From the NCBI GenBank assembly GCA_044234625.1, contig JBIIIP010000004.1:1-53836 (forward strand): a stretch of DNA of 53,836 nt. Direction: 5' to 3'. The first letter of the stretch is position 1, and each line of letters starts with the position of its first letter. This document shows positions 29,181 through 38,749 of the stretch, one piece after another. This DNA is from Pirellulales bacterium. Its GTDB lineage: Bacteria; Planctomycetota; Planctomycetia; Pirellulales; UBA1268. The translations under genes were made by a program, and so were the position numbers. The notes beneath the pieces are model-generated. The model did no database searches and was not told the DNA's origin. It saw nothing but the letters and a program-made list of their open reading frames with translations.

Positions 29181-30433
29181 GCCGCCGCGGCCCGTCCGGC
29201 CACGCAGCCGCTCGCCCACGCCCACTGGAAGTTGAAGCCGCCGATCCGGCCGTCGATATCCAGCACCTCGCCGGCGAAGAAGAGGCCGGGGCGGATGCGG
29301 CTCTCCATCGTCTCCAGCCGCACTTCGGCGAGCGGCACGCCGCCCGCCGTGGCCTCCGCCACGGTGAAGCCGCGGTCGCCGGTGACCGGCAGCGGCGTGC
29401 TCGTGGCGAGCGACGCCAGCCGCCTTCGCGCGTCGCGGGGCATGTCTCCCATCGCCGGAGCGCCGGCGACTTCGCAGAGCGTGCGGGCGAGGCGGTCGGG
29501 CAGCCGTTCCCGCAGCACGGCCAGGCCGCCGCGGCGCTGCCCCTCGACGAAGAGACGGTCGCAGTCCTCGGCCGTGAGCCCGGGCAGCCAATTGATGGCG
29601 AGCGTCACGGTCGGGTCGGCGTGATGGGCGACGAGCCAGTGGCGGCTGATGTCGAGGATCGCCGGCCCGGAGAGGCCCACGTGCGTGCAGAGCGTGCTGC
29701 CGGTGAACGCGATGTGCCGCTTGCCGGTGCGGGTGGCGAGCGCGACCGTCGTGGGGAGCGTGAGGCCCGCCAAGCCGGTGATCCAGTGCCCCGCGGAGAG
29801 CACGAGCGGCACGAGCGCCGGCACGATCGGTTCGGCCAGCGAATGGCCGAGGCCCTTCGCCAGCCCGAAGCCGCCGCCGTCAGACCCCGACTTCGGCAAC
29901 GACTTGCCTCCCGTGCAGAGGATCACCCGGCGGGCCTCGATCGCACCGGCGGACGTCATGGCGAGGAAGCCGTCGGCGGACGGCTCGAGCGCCGTCACGC
30001 GGGCGGGATGGCGGATCTCTGCGCCAGCCTTCGTGGCCTCGCCGACCAGGGCCGCGAGCACCGTTCGGGCCGAGTCGGTGACAGGAAACAGTTTGCCCGT
30101 GTCTTCCTGCTTGAGCGCGACGCCGGCGTCGGCGAAGAAGCGGATCGTGTCGCTGACGGTGAACCGCCGGAGCACCTTGCGGATCGCGGCCGGCGTGCTG
30201 CCCGCATAGTCGGCCTCGCTCACGGCGTGGTGGGTGACATTGCAGCGGCCGCCGCCGGCGACGAGTATTTTCGCACCCAGCGTGCGTGCCCCATCGACGA
30301 CGAGGATCCGCGGCGGCGGGCCGCTGCCGGCGGCCGCCTGTGCGGTGCGGCCGGCCCACGTGGCCGCGAACAGCCCGGCCGCACCAGCGCCGACGACGAG
30401 CAGGTCGACTGTATCGGCCACGGCCGGTGCCAT
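29153..30433 (-). CDS. HI0933/YhiN family FAD-dependent oxidoreductase
   Basis: VGAGAAG, GAKILVAGGGRCNVTH, GKLFP, TGGKSLPKSGSDG, TAGGV, GEVLDIDGRIGGFNFQWAWASG. Confidence 0.93.
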   Translation of the reverse strand: MAPAVADTVDLLVVGAGAAGLFAATWAGRTAQAAAGSGPPPRILVVDGARTLGAKILVAGGGRCNVTHHAVSEADYAGSTPAAIRKVLRRFTVSDTIRFFADAGVALKQEDTGKLFPVTDSARTVLAALVGEATKAGAEIRHPARVTALEPSADGFLAMTSAGAIEARRVILCTGGKSLPKSGSDGGGFGLAKGLGHSLAEPIVPALVPLVLSAGHWITGLAGLTLPTTVALATRTGKRHIAFTGSTLCTHVGLSGPAILDISRHWLVAHHADPTVTLAINWLPGLTAEDCDRLFVEGQRRGGLAVLRERLPDRLARTLCEVAGAPAMGDMPRDARRRLASLATSTPLPVTGDRGFTVAEATAGGVPLAEVRLETMESRIRPGLFFAGEVLDIDGRIGGFNFQWAWASGCVAGRAAAAQASIPLTT

Positions 30434-30463
30434 CGCTGGGGTCGTTCGCCGCTTATTGGTCCA

Positions 30464-33400
30464 TCAGGGATCGATGACGACCGGACCCCATTCGAGGGGC
30501 TGGAGCCGGGTTTCGGAGGGGAGGTCGGCGGCGATGTTGGTGTTGCGGTTCGACCAGTAGCGGCGAAGCAGGCACTTCGTGCCCGTGTCGTCCGAGAAGA
30601 GCACCCCGGCGTCACCGCGGATCGTCGCGCCGGCCGGAACCTTCCAGCCCACCGCCTCGAGCGGAATCGCCGCCTCCAGGTCGTAGCCTGCCTCCGTCGG
30701 CTTCACCACCACGCTTGCCGAGGCGATCCGCTCCACGCGGTCCATGTCCACCCGGCCGACCGGGGAGATGAAGGCCTCGCGGGGGCCGGTGTGGCCCGGC
30801 ACAACCGGCTGGTAGACCATCACGATCGATCCCCCTTCATACGGTGCAATGGCGATCCTCACGTCGCCGCCGACCGGACTGGCCCGATCCGCCGGGGCGG
30901 CCGGATCGAGCCCGAGTTGGATATCCACGCTGTCGCCGGTGAGGAAGATGGTCTTCGCGTCGCTGCCGCCGTTTTTCCAGGGCGTGGCGTCGGTCACGCG
31001 GAAGGCCACGTAGAGGTTTTTGTCGTCGAAGGAGATGGCGGCCTCGCCCCGCCGCTTCTCGTCGGCCCGGATCGTCACGGCCGACTCCGCAAAGCCGGGT
31101 TCGTCGAGGACGCCGTCCAGGCTTCGCGGGGCCCGCTTCAGGGCGAACTTCGCGGGCGTCTTGTCGCCGGACTTGCCCTCGGCATCGCGGGCGGCACGGG
31201 CCGCCTGCCCCTGGGCGATCTGCTCGGCTGACACCGTGATCGCCTGCGCCGGCAGCCGCTGGAGCTTGTCGAGACCCTCCACCGAAACGATCGTGCAGGA
31301 TGGCCCCCCCAGCGAGCCGGTGAGGAAGACGCGGCCGTCGTCGGCCTTCGAGAACGTGCCGGCATAGGCTTCGGCGCCTGGGCTCATCTCGTCCACGGCC
31401 ATGCCGTGCATGGCCTTCTCGGCGGTCTGCGGAAGCAGCCGGCTGTCCTTGAAGAGTGTCTGCACGAAGAGGCCGTCGGTCGTGAACAGATACCGCGGCC
31501 CGTAGTAGCCGTTGAAGCACATGATGGTGCCGATATCCTTGCCCATGTCAGCCGTGCCCATCACGTAGATCGTGCCGATCACCTCGCCCGGCGATGTCGG
31601 CAGCGGCGCCTTGAAGCAGCCGTGCACGCCGCTGAACGGCTCCGGGTAGGTCCACTTGAGATTGCCCCGACGATCGTAGGCCTTGATACCGCTCAGATCC
31701 CCCTCGGGCAGGTTGCGCTTCTCTTCGACGAACCCGGGCGCGTGGGAGTTTTCATAGAACGAGACCATGGTGTCGGCATCGACATCGACGGGCGCCGTGC
31801 CGAAGGCGTAATCGACGGTGGACACGCTGCGACGGTCGAAGATCGGCACACCGCTGGCCGTGAACTCGGCCGGCGTGAAGCGGATGCAGCGAGAGGTCGA
31901 GTGCAGGGCCGGGCGGAGCGTGGAGAGGTCGTGCCGCGACCAGGGGATGCCCCACTCGCCGGCACCCTGGGCCCCGAAGGGAGTCTCGGTGATCTGCACG
32001 ACCTCGTCATCGTCAACTTTGCCGTTGTCGTTGCGGTCGGACCAGAGCGCCTGATCGCCCTGCGACCGCGACGAGTTTTTCACGTAGCCGATCGCAGCGC
32101 AGGGAACCCAGGCTTTGCCGCGGCGGATGCAGAGCAGGCCGCGGTCGTAGGCGAGGTAGTCGTGGCCGCGGTAGGTCGTGGTGAATCCCTGGCGATGCCA
32201 GAAGGTGCCGTCGACGATTGAATCCGCCGCAGCCGGTTGGCCCGCCGCCGAGCCGAGGAGGTGTGAATAGACCGGCCGGGCGGTCATGTTCTTCTCGTCC
32301 ACCACGAATTCCAGGCCGCCGCAGAGCACGTGCGTCGGATCGCGATGGTCCACGATGCCGTCGCCGCCGTAGGGTGTCGGGCCGAACCACTCGCCGGCGT
32401 TCCGGCCGGCGGGGCTCCACTTGCTCAAGCGCTTGGAGATCGGTTCATGCTCGGCGACCCAGATGTTTCCCTTGCCATCGACCGCCACGCCGGTCGGATT
32501 GAGCATGCCTTCGCGGTCCCAGGGGCCGACGGCCGGCCGCCCCCCCTTGGTGCCGATCGACCGAAGGAACTTCCCCGAGGGGTCGAAGGCGAAGAGTTGC
32601 TCGGTGCCGCCGTTGATCACGTAGATCGTGCCGTCACCGGCCACCGCGATGCCGCGAGGCTTGTCGAGCCCTCCGGCCACGACCGGCTTCGTGTCCCCCG
32701 TGTCGGGATCAACGGCGACGACCCCGTCTCCGCTCACCGCGAGGAGCCGATTATCCGGATCGACGGCCAGCCCCATGACGGCCGGCACGTTCGTCAGTGA
32801 CCGCACCTCCTTGTCGGTGGCGAGATCGAAGACGCGGATCACCGACTTCGCGCGGTCGCCGCTCGTGCAGGATACGAAGAGCTGGTTGCCCCGCCGGGCG
32901 ATGCCGGTCGGAGGCGGGTCGGCGGGGAAGCCGAGCCGCGACGTCCCGGTGGCGAACACCTGCGCCTTGCCGGTCTTCGGATCGATTTTGATCACGCCAT
33001 CCTTCGTGGCGTAGTGCACCGCCCCGGCGTCGGCCGTGATCACGAAGCCGCCCCCCTGGAAGGAGCTGCCGTGCCCCCAGACCTTGTTGCCCTCCAGGTC
33101 GCAGCCGACGAGCGCTGAACCACTCTCGGCCCCCTCGTAGAGAAGGAACACCCTGTCGCCGTACGCGGCTACGGAACTCGGCGGGGTGTGGTCGGCGCCC
33201 CAGCCGCCGGTGCCGTCGGAACTGCGCCAGGGCGGATTCGTATGCGGCATGAGATGCGTGTGGTAGCGGAGGCCGATTCCAGGATTGACGAGCCCCCGCC
33301 AGCGGTAGTTGCCCGGCGGCACCGGCCTGCCCCGTTCGTCGAGGCAGTCCCAATAATCCACGTGGCTCCCCTTGGACCGCGGATAGCCGGCGATGAGGTT

Positions 33401-34312
33401 CCGTACCCGCCGCCCAGTCTCGTCCTCGATCACGAGCGTGACGCGGGCATCGGCCGGAAGGTCATAGGCGATTGGCACCGAACCAACGGTGGCGAGGTCG
33501 GGGCCGACGGGCCCGGTGGCGGCCTTGTCCCAGGGCTTCGGCTCGAGCTTCACGTTCCCCGTCGGGCTGAGGGAGATCTTTCCCCAGGCCGAGTTGTCCT
33601 GCCAGAAAAAGATGCGGTTGACCTTTGCGGGGTTGTGGACGACGTCCGTGCATTGCAGTTCCCGCCACGTCTTGTTGTCGCGGCCGCCCCAGTTGAAGTG
33701 CAGGCCCAGGGAAAATTCCTCGCCTGCCTTGTACTGCTTGCCGGAGCGACTCACGAGCTTCCAGGGCACGAACATCTCCTGCGTGTAGCCCTTGCCGTCG
33801 GCGTTCTTCTTGAAGGCCATCTTCGCGCCGTGGTCCAGGCCTGCCGCGAGATCGGGCTTCTGGTTGGGGCCGGCCGCCTTGCCGAAATGGACATACATGG
33901 CGGGTTTGTCGCTCCCCTTGTAGTACCACGTCGTGAGATGCACCTCAGTCTCGTTGTGAATCCGGATCTGCGCGCAGTCGCTGGCCCAGCCGCGGTCGTG
34001 CTTCCCCGGCTCATCAGGATCGACCTGGTTCTCCATCGGCGTGCGGTCCAGCCAGCGGAAGGAGAGATAGAGGCCGTCGGCGTCGTACATCGCGGCCGAC
34101 CGGACGGCCGCCACATCGGCGTATTGGTCGGTTTCCGGGCAGCTGTAGATCGTGCCGCTGAGGTCCCAGTCGCCGAGGTCGCCGTCGATGACCACCGGGC
34201 CGGGCGGGGGCACGGCCACGATTTCGGTGTTGACCGTCGGCATGGCCGTCGCCGGGGCGGCCAAGGCCGTCACGACCACGAAGGAAAGGAGGTTGCAGCG
34301 GAGCATCGGCAT
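30464..34312 (-). CDS. Large secreted protein: CBM9-like + FlgD-Ig-like + NHL/beta-propeller + C-terminal sugar-binding-like domain
   Basis: Signal peptide; IDGDLGDW...AMYDADGLY; RVRNL...WDCLDERGRPVPPGNYRWRGL; PRGIAV and PTGVAVD repeats; C-terminal FDDKNLYVAFRVTD...GDSVDIQL. Confidence 0.8.
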   Translation of the reverse strand: MPMLRCNLLSFVVVTALAAPATAMPTVNTEIVAVPPPGPVVIDGDLGDWDLSGTIYSCPETDQYADVAAVRSAAMYDADGLYLSFRWLDRTPMENQVDPDEPGKHDRGWASDCAQIRIHNETEVHLTTWYYKGSDKPAMYVHFGKAAGPNQKPDLAAGLDHGAKMAFKKNADGKGYTQEMFVPWKLVSRSGKQYKAGEEFSLGLHFNWGGRDNKTWRELQCTDVVHNPAKVNRIFFWQDNSAWGKISLSPTGNVKLEPKPWDKAATGPVGPDLATVGSVPIAYDLPADARVTLVIEDETGRRVRNLIAGYPRSKGSHVDYWDCLDERGRPVPPGNYRWRGLVNPGIGLRYHTHLMPHTNPPWRSSDGTGGWGADHTPPSSVAAYGDRVFLLYEGAESGSALVGCDLEGNKVWGHGSSFQGGGFVITADAGAVHYATKDGVIKIDPKTGKAQVFATGTSRLGFPADPPPTGIARRGNQLFVSCTSGDRAKSVIRVFDLATDKEVRSLTNVPAVMGLAVDPDNRLLAVSGDGVVAVDPDTGDTKPVVAGGLDKPRGIAVAGDGTIYVINGGTEQLFAFDPSGKFLRSIGTKGGRPAVGPWDREGMLNPTGVAVDGKGNIWVAEHEPISKRLSKWSPAGRNAGEWFGPTPYGGDGIVDHRDPTHVLCGGLEFVVDEKNMTARPVYSHLLGSAAGQPAAADSIVDGTFWHRQGFTTTYRGHDYLAYDRGLLCIRRGKAWVPCAAIGYVKNSSRSQGDQALWSDRNDNGKVDDDEVVQITETPFGAQGAGEWGIPWSRHDLSTLRPALHSTSRCIRFTPAEFTASGVPIFDRRSVSTVDYAFGTAPVDVDADTMVSFYENSHAPGFVEEKRNLPEGDLSGIKAYDRRGNLKWTYPEPFSGVHGCFKAPLPTSPGEVIGTIYVMGTADMGKDIGTIMCFNGYYGPRYLFTTDGLFVQTLFKDSRLLPQTAEKAMHGMAVDEMSPGAEAYAGTFSKADDGRVFLTGSLGGPSCTIVSVEGLDKLQRLPAQAITVSAEQIAQGQAARAARDAEGKSGDKTPAKFALKRAPRSLDGVLDEPGFAESAVTIRADEKRRGEAAISFDDKNLYVAFRVTDATPWKNGGSDAKTIFLTGDSVDIQLGLDPAAPADRASPVGGDVRIAIAPYEGGSIVMVYQPVVPGHTGPREAFISPVGRVDMDRVERIASASVVVKPTEAGYDLEAAIPLEAVGWKVPAGATIRGDAGVLFSDDTGTKCLLRRYWSNRNTNIAADLPSETRLQPLEWGPVVIDP

Positions 34313-34355
34313 GGATAGTTCCTCGGAAAGGGAGCCTGCGCTGGCAAGAGATCGA

Positions 34356-37300
34356 TCACTCGAAGACGAACGTTCCCCACGTGCCCGGCTTGAGCATCGC
34401 TTCCGAACAGAGGTCGGCCGTCATCGTCCACGTGCGGTTGAAGAGATAGTTTCGCGCGGCGGTCTGCTGGCCACCGCCGTCGGAAGAGAGCACGCCGATG
34501 TCGCCGGCGAACGACTGCCCGGACTCCGGGGAGATCCCGAAAGCCTTCAGCGGCAGCGACGCCTCGCACACATAGCCATCGGCTGTCTTCTTGAACGCCA
34601 CATCGGCTTTTTTGGACATGCTGACATCGTCGATGGTCGTGGTGCAGATGGGGGACGTGAAGGGGACCCGTTCCTTGGGGTCGGTGCCGGGCACCACGGG
34701 CCGGTAGCGGACGATGAGGCCGCCATCCTTGTCGGGCACGAGCAACACGCGGACGTCCCCGGCAACGGGGTTGCCGTCACGATCGCCGGACGGCCCGAGG
34801 TAGATGTCGATCGCGTCGCCGGTGCGGAAAGCCGAACGCCAGTCGGAGAGGCCGTTGACCATCGGCGTCTCGTCCTTCACCGTCACCCCGAGGAGCAGCC
34901 TCGAGCCGGCATGGGCCACCCGCACGCCCGCCAGCTTCAACTCACCCGCGAGGATCTCCCGCTCCGGCACGCCGGCCCAGTCGTCAAGCACGCCATCGAC
35001 CGCGATCGGGGCCGCATCGTCCGCCCACCGCCCGATCGACAGCGGCGGCAGATCGGCCGACTTCGACTCGGTCGTCGTGGCGGTCGGCTGGGGCGCAGGC
35101 TCGGTCCCTCCGGCGATCTGGCCCCCGCTGCCGGGTGCGGAAGGATCGAACTGCAGCTTCACCGGGCCGAATCGCTTCGCCTGCTCGAGCCCTTCGACTG
35201 AGCAGACGTTGGCCTCGGTCCGCCCGAAGAGCACCCGCATCGTGCCGTCGTCCTGCACGACCATGCAGCCGACGAACGGCTCCTGCAGCATCGTGCAGTC
35301 GGTGAAGTCGGTGCCCTTCTTCGCCTCCTCGGGCCAGGGCCGCGGCCCCTGCCGAGTGTCCTTGAAGAGGCTGCAGACGAAGAGACCGTCTCCCGAGAAG
35401 ACGAACATCTGCCCCATGTTGCCCTGCGTGGCGACGATCGGCCCGAGGTCGCCGGCGACCTTCCCGGTTCCGGCGTAGCAGATCTCGCCCCGGGTCTCGC
35501 CGGGCCGCGGCGCCGAAGAGTGCATCGAGGCGTGCACCCCCATTGAGTTGAGCGGGTAGGTGGCAAGCACGTTGCCCTGCAGGTCGGCGAATCGGTATTG
35601 CCCCGTCTGGAAGACATTGCAGGAGTCGCCAATCAGAAAGTCGCCCGACCGTACGGCCAGCCCGTCTCCGGCGAGCTTCTTCATGCCGGCGGTGGCGTAC
35701 GTGGGCGTGCCGTCTTCCAGGAATCCGGTGGGCTCCACGCCATGGCTGCCGAGATACCAGGCGAGCTGCGGATTGAACACGTAGCCCATCCCGTAGAAAT
35801 CCTCGTTGCGGCCGCCGGCCTCGGGCAGCGGGAAGACCTCCTCCGGCTGCACGAGCTCGTCGCTATTGGCATCCGACCAGACACCAAACCACTTTGTATG
35901 CGGGCCCGGCTTGAGGTCCGCCTTCGCGAACGGTGCCGGCACCTTGCCGCCGGCCACCACGACCGCCGCCGCGCAGGGCCGGTAGTCGCCGTCGCGCTCG
36001 ACGCAGAGCACGGGATACCCGAAGTGGTTGTGCACGAGGTATTCCCGCATCGTGCCCGAGGCGTCGCTGCGAAACAGCCGGCCCGATTTGAAGTAGTGCC
36101 CCAGCGGCAGCCGCGGCAGCCGCAGCGACGCGGGCTCCGGGCTGCGCAGCGACGAGACGAACCGCACCGGCTCCTGCGGCACGGTCCTGTCGGGCGAAAT
36201 CTTGAAGATCAGCCCGTACCCGAACGCACGCGTGGGATCCTGCTCGTGCAGCGAGCATCCCTGCGACCCATATTCCGAGTTGCCCACGAACCGCTCGACC
36301 TGTTTCCCCTCCCCGTCCCAGACGGTGACCATCCGCGGGTGTTCCGGCTCCGTGACCCAGAGGCGGCCTTGGCTGTCCACGTCCATTCCGCCGACCCTGC
36401 GGAAGGCGGTGTAGTCGATGGCGAGCCCGTCGGAATCCGAAGCCTCCACCTCGGTGAACGCCACGTAGGGATGCACCTTCTGACCGCCGGCGCGGCCGAT
36501 GGTGCGGAGGAGCTTCCTGTCGGGGTCGTAAACCTTCACCTGCCGGTCGGGCCCGGCGTCGAAGACGTAGAGGTTTCCGGAATCGTCGGCGGCAAGCTGC
36601 CGCGGCGACACGCAACCGGGCAGCGTGAGCGCCGAGATCTCGCCATCCTTCGCCACAACCGACACACCATCTTCCCCGCTCACGGCCAGCCGCCCATCCT
36701 TCAGGAAAGCGAGATCATACGCCTTCCAGGGCAGCGGCAGTTCGAGCGGAAATGCCCGCTTGTTGCGGGCCGTGCCAAACTCCTTGTCAAACATCACGAG
36801 CGTGTCGGCCGGAAGGTCGACACCGTGATCCGGGCCGCCCGCCTTGCGGACCAGGGCCACCCCCATCTCCGGACCCACCGCGACCCGCACCACCGTCCCC
36901 GGAAAAGTGATCGCGGCTGCCTTGCCGGCGGGCCGCTTCCAGCCCACGTCGGCCAGTGTGTCGGCATCAAGCTTGAGGAGGGTGCTCTTAAAGCCCATCC
37001 AGAGCAGGCCGTCGGCATGGTCGACGGTGTTGATGCCGTTGATGCCCGCCTCTCGCTTGTAGCCCCAGATTTTCCGGTGCGCTTCGTCGAGGCCGAGCAC
37101 AGCATGGGGGTTTTCGGCGACCGGGCAGCAGATCGCGACGACGGTCCGCTTGGCCGACTCGGCGGGGGCGCAGGCAACGTCGTTTGGGCCGGTGTGGTCG
37201 GCGCCCCAGCTGCTGTGGGCGTAGCCCTGCCACGGGAGCGGATTCGGGTTGTAGAACGAGTAGTCGTAGAGGATTCGCGGCCGCGGGATCGTGAGGCCAC

Positions 37301-37670
37301 GGACATGGTAAGTGCCGGCAGGCACGATCTCGCCGGCGTCATTCAATCCGTCCCACACGACGCGCGGCCCGCTCTGCCCCTTCGCGGCATCGCCGCCGAG
37401 CGACGCGATCGGAACCTGCCCGTGCAGGTTCCTCACCCGTTTGCCGTCTTCGGTCTCCACGACGACCGTGAGGAACTCATGGCCCGTCGGCGGAGCCGGG
37501 AGCGAAACCTCCATCCGGTGCGGCGAGGTGATGGTCTTCTCGCCCCAGCTTGGCGGTCGGCCGGGGCCCCATTCCGACTTCGTGACGTCGCCGCGGGCGA
37601 ATTCGGCAGCGAGCGGCAAGGCCACGACCGCCGCCACGATCGCGGCAAACCACACGCGTGTCGGCGTCAT
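34356..37670 (-). CDS. Large secreted paralog: FlgD-Ig-like + beta-propeller + C-terminal sugar-binding-like domain
   Basis: Signal peptide; KRVRNL...WDGLNDAGEIVPAGTYHVRGL; WGADH; VDGVLDDW; GDAIDIYL; C-terminus similar to the 30464..34312 protein. Confidence 0.8.
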   Translation of the reverse strand: MTPTRVWFAAIVAAVVALPLAAEFARGDVTKSEWGPGRPPSWGEKTITSPHRMEVSLPAPPTGHEFLTVVVETEDGKRVRNLHGQVPIASLGGDAAKGQSGPRVVWDGLNDAGEIVPAGTYHVRGLTIPRPRILYDYSFYNPNPLPWQGYAHSSWGADHTGPNDVACAPAESAKRTVVAICCPVAENPHAVLGLDEAHRKIWGYKREAGINGINTVDHADGLLWMGFKSTLLKLDADTLADVGWKRPAGKAAAITFPGTVVRVAVGPEMGVALVRKAGGPDHGVDLPADTLVMFDKEFGTARNKRAFPLELPLPWKAYDLAFLKDGRLAVSGEDGVSVVAKDGEISALTLPGCVSPRQLAADDSGNLYVFDAGPDRQVKVYDPDRKLLRTIGRAGGQKVHPYVAFTEVEASDSDGLAIDYTAFRRVGGMDVDSQGRLWVTEPEHPRMVTVWDGEGKQVERFVGNSEYGSQGCSLHEQDPTRAFGYGLIFKISPDRTVPQEPVRFVSSLRSPEPASLRLPRLPLGHYFKSGRLFRSDASGTMREYLVHNHFGYPVLCVERDGDYRPCAAAVVVAGGKVPAPFAKADLKPGPHTKWFGVWSDANSDELVQPEEVFPLPEAGGRNEDFYGMGYVFNPQLAWYLGSHGVEPTGFLEDGTPTYATAGMKKLAGDGLAVRSGDFLIGDSCNVFQTGQYRFADLQGNVLATYPLNSMGVHASMHSSAPRPGETRGEICYAGTGKVAGDLGPIVATQGNMGQMFVFSGDGLFVCSLFKDTRQGPRPWPEEAKKGTDFTDCTMLQEPFVGCMVVQDDGTMRVLFGRTEANVCSVEGLEQAKRFGPVKLQFDPSAPGSGGQIAGGTEPAPQPTATTTESKSADLPPLSIGRWADDAAPIAVDGVLDDWAGVPEREILAGELKLAGVRVAHAGSRLLLGVTVKDETPMVNGLSDWRSAFRTGDAIDIYLGPSGDRDGNPVAGDVRVLLVPDKDGGLIVRYRPVVPGTDPKERVPFTSPICTTTIDDVSMSKKADVAFKKTADGYVCEASLPLKAFGISPESGQSFAGDIGVLSSDGGGQQTAARNYLFNRTWTMTADLCSEAMLKPGTWGTFVFE

Positions 37671-37707
37671 GGAGGATTTTCCGCGGGAAGAAAGTGTCGG
37701 CGACCGC

Positions 37708-38574
37708 CTATTTCCCGTCGTCATGGAAAGTTCCCTCGGTGATCACGAGTTCGATGTTCTTGTTGCCGTCACCCCAATCGGAGACCTCGAGGGCGAAGCG
37801 GATCTTCTTGGCCCCGGACGGCAGCGCAATGTCGAGGGAGTGCAACTTCTCGCCGGAGCCGGCCTGCTTTTGAAGTCGCGTGGAGCCCTGGCGGAAGACT
37901 TCCTGGCCGTCCACCTGCACGAAGAAATCGAACTGCTGGTTGAGGTTGGGCCTCAAGCCGGAAAACCAACCGAACGGGTCGTCGGTGATGAGCACGTCGC
38001 CCGTAAAACGCTTGGCGCCCGAGGGAACGTCGTAGTCCACCCAGTGATACATGTTGCGGGTGCGGCCCCAGAGGCCCACGCCGGTGACAAAGAAGCCTTC
38101 GCTCGCGAACAGGTTGGTCTGGGTACTTGAATACGACTGCCCCTCCGGAAATTGGAAGTCGTCGGCGGGCGGCTCGGTGACGATCTTCAGCGAGTTGGGC
38201 CAAAACGACTGGGCGTTGTTGTGCGGGGGTTCGGGGGTGGTGTCGATGACGCCCGCACCGGACTGCTTTTGAACGCCGAAGCGGTCAGCTTTCGTTCCGT
38301 ACTCCGCCGCCTTCGGCGAAAGCTTCAGGAGCTGCACCGGGAAATCGACCTTGGGCGGCGGAGGTGGAGCGGGCGTTTCGGGCTTCGCATCCGTGCTGGT
38401 CGCGACCGACGACCCCTTCGGCCGTTTGGCCTTGGCCTTTGCGGGCTTCTGGCTGCAGGAGGCGCAGAGAAACACCGCCGCAATGGCGAGCAGAGCCGCG
38501 CCCCAGCCCCCGCTCGAGAAAGCCGTGGCGTTGGTCCGACGGGCCCGGCACCGCGCGTTGCTGTTAGCGTGCAT
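37708..38574 (-). CDS. Putative lipoprotein with NPCBM/NEW2-like carbohydrate-binding domain
   Basis: Hydrophobic stretch ending LCASC; Lys/Pro linker; VDYDVPSGAKRFTGDV...FFVQVDGQEVF...GAKKIRF resembles NPCBM. Start uncertain. Confidence 0.65.
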   Translation of the reverse strand: MHANSNARCRARRTNATAFSSGGWGAALLAIAAVFLCASCSQKPAKAKAKRPKGSSVATSTDAKPETPAPPPPPKVDFPVQLLKLSPKAAEYGTKADRFGVQKQSGAGVIDTTPEPPHNNAQSFWPNSLKIVTEPPADDFQFPEGQSYSSTQTNLFASEGFFVTGVGLWGRTRNMYHWVDYDVPSGAKRFTGDVLITDDPFGWFSGLRPNLNQQFDFFVQVDGQEVFRQGSTRLQKQAGSGEKLHSLDIALPSGAKKIRFALEVSDWGDGNKNIELVITEGTFHDDGK

Positions 38575-38749
38575 GAACAAGTTCCCTTCTGCCGGGGTGG
38601 AAACCCAGGATTCCAGCCGAATGCGGAGTACGCCAACCGGAGGATACCCTCTTTTTCAGTGGCAAAATAGGGGGGCGTTGCTCTCAAGCCGTGGTTTACC
38701 AGTGCCGGAGTTTCCGCCAAGCCCGCGTCGAGGCGATACACTGCCGGCG

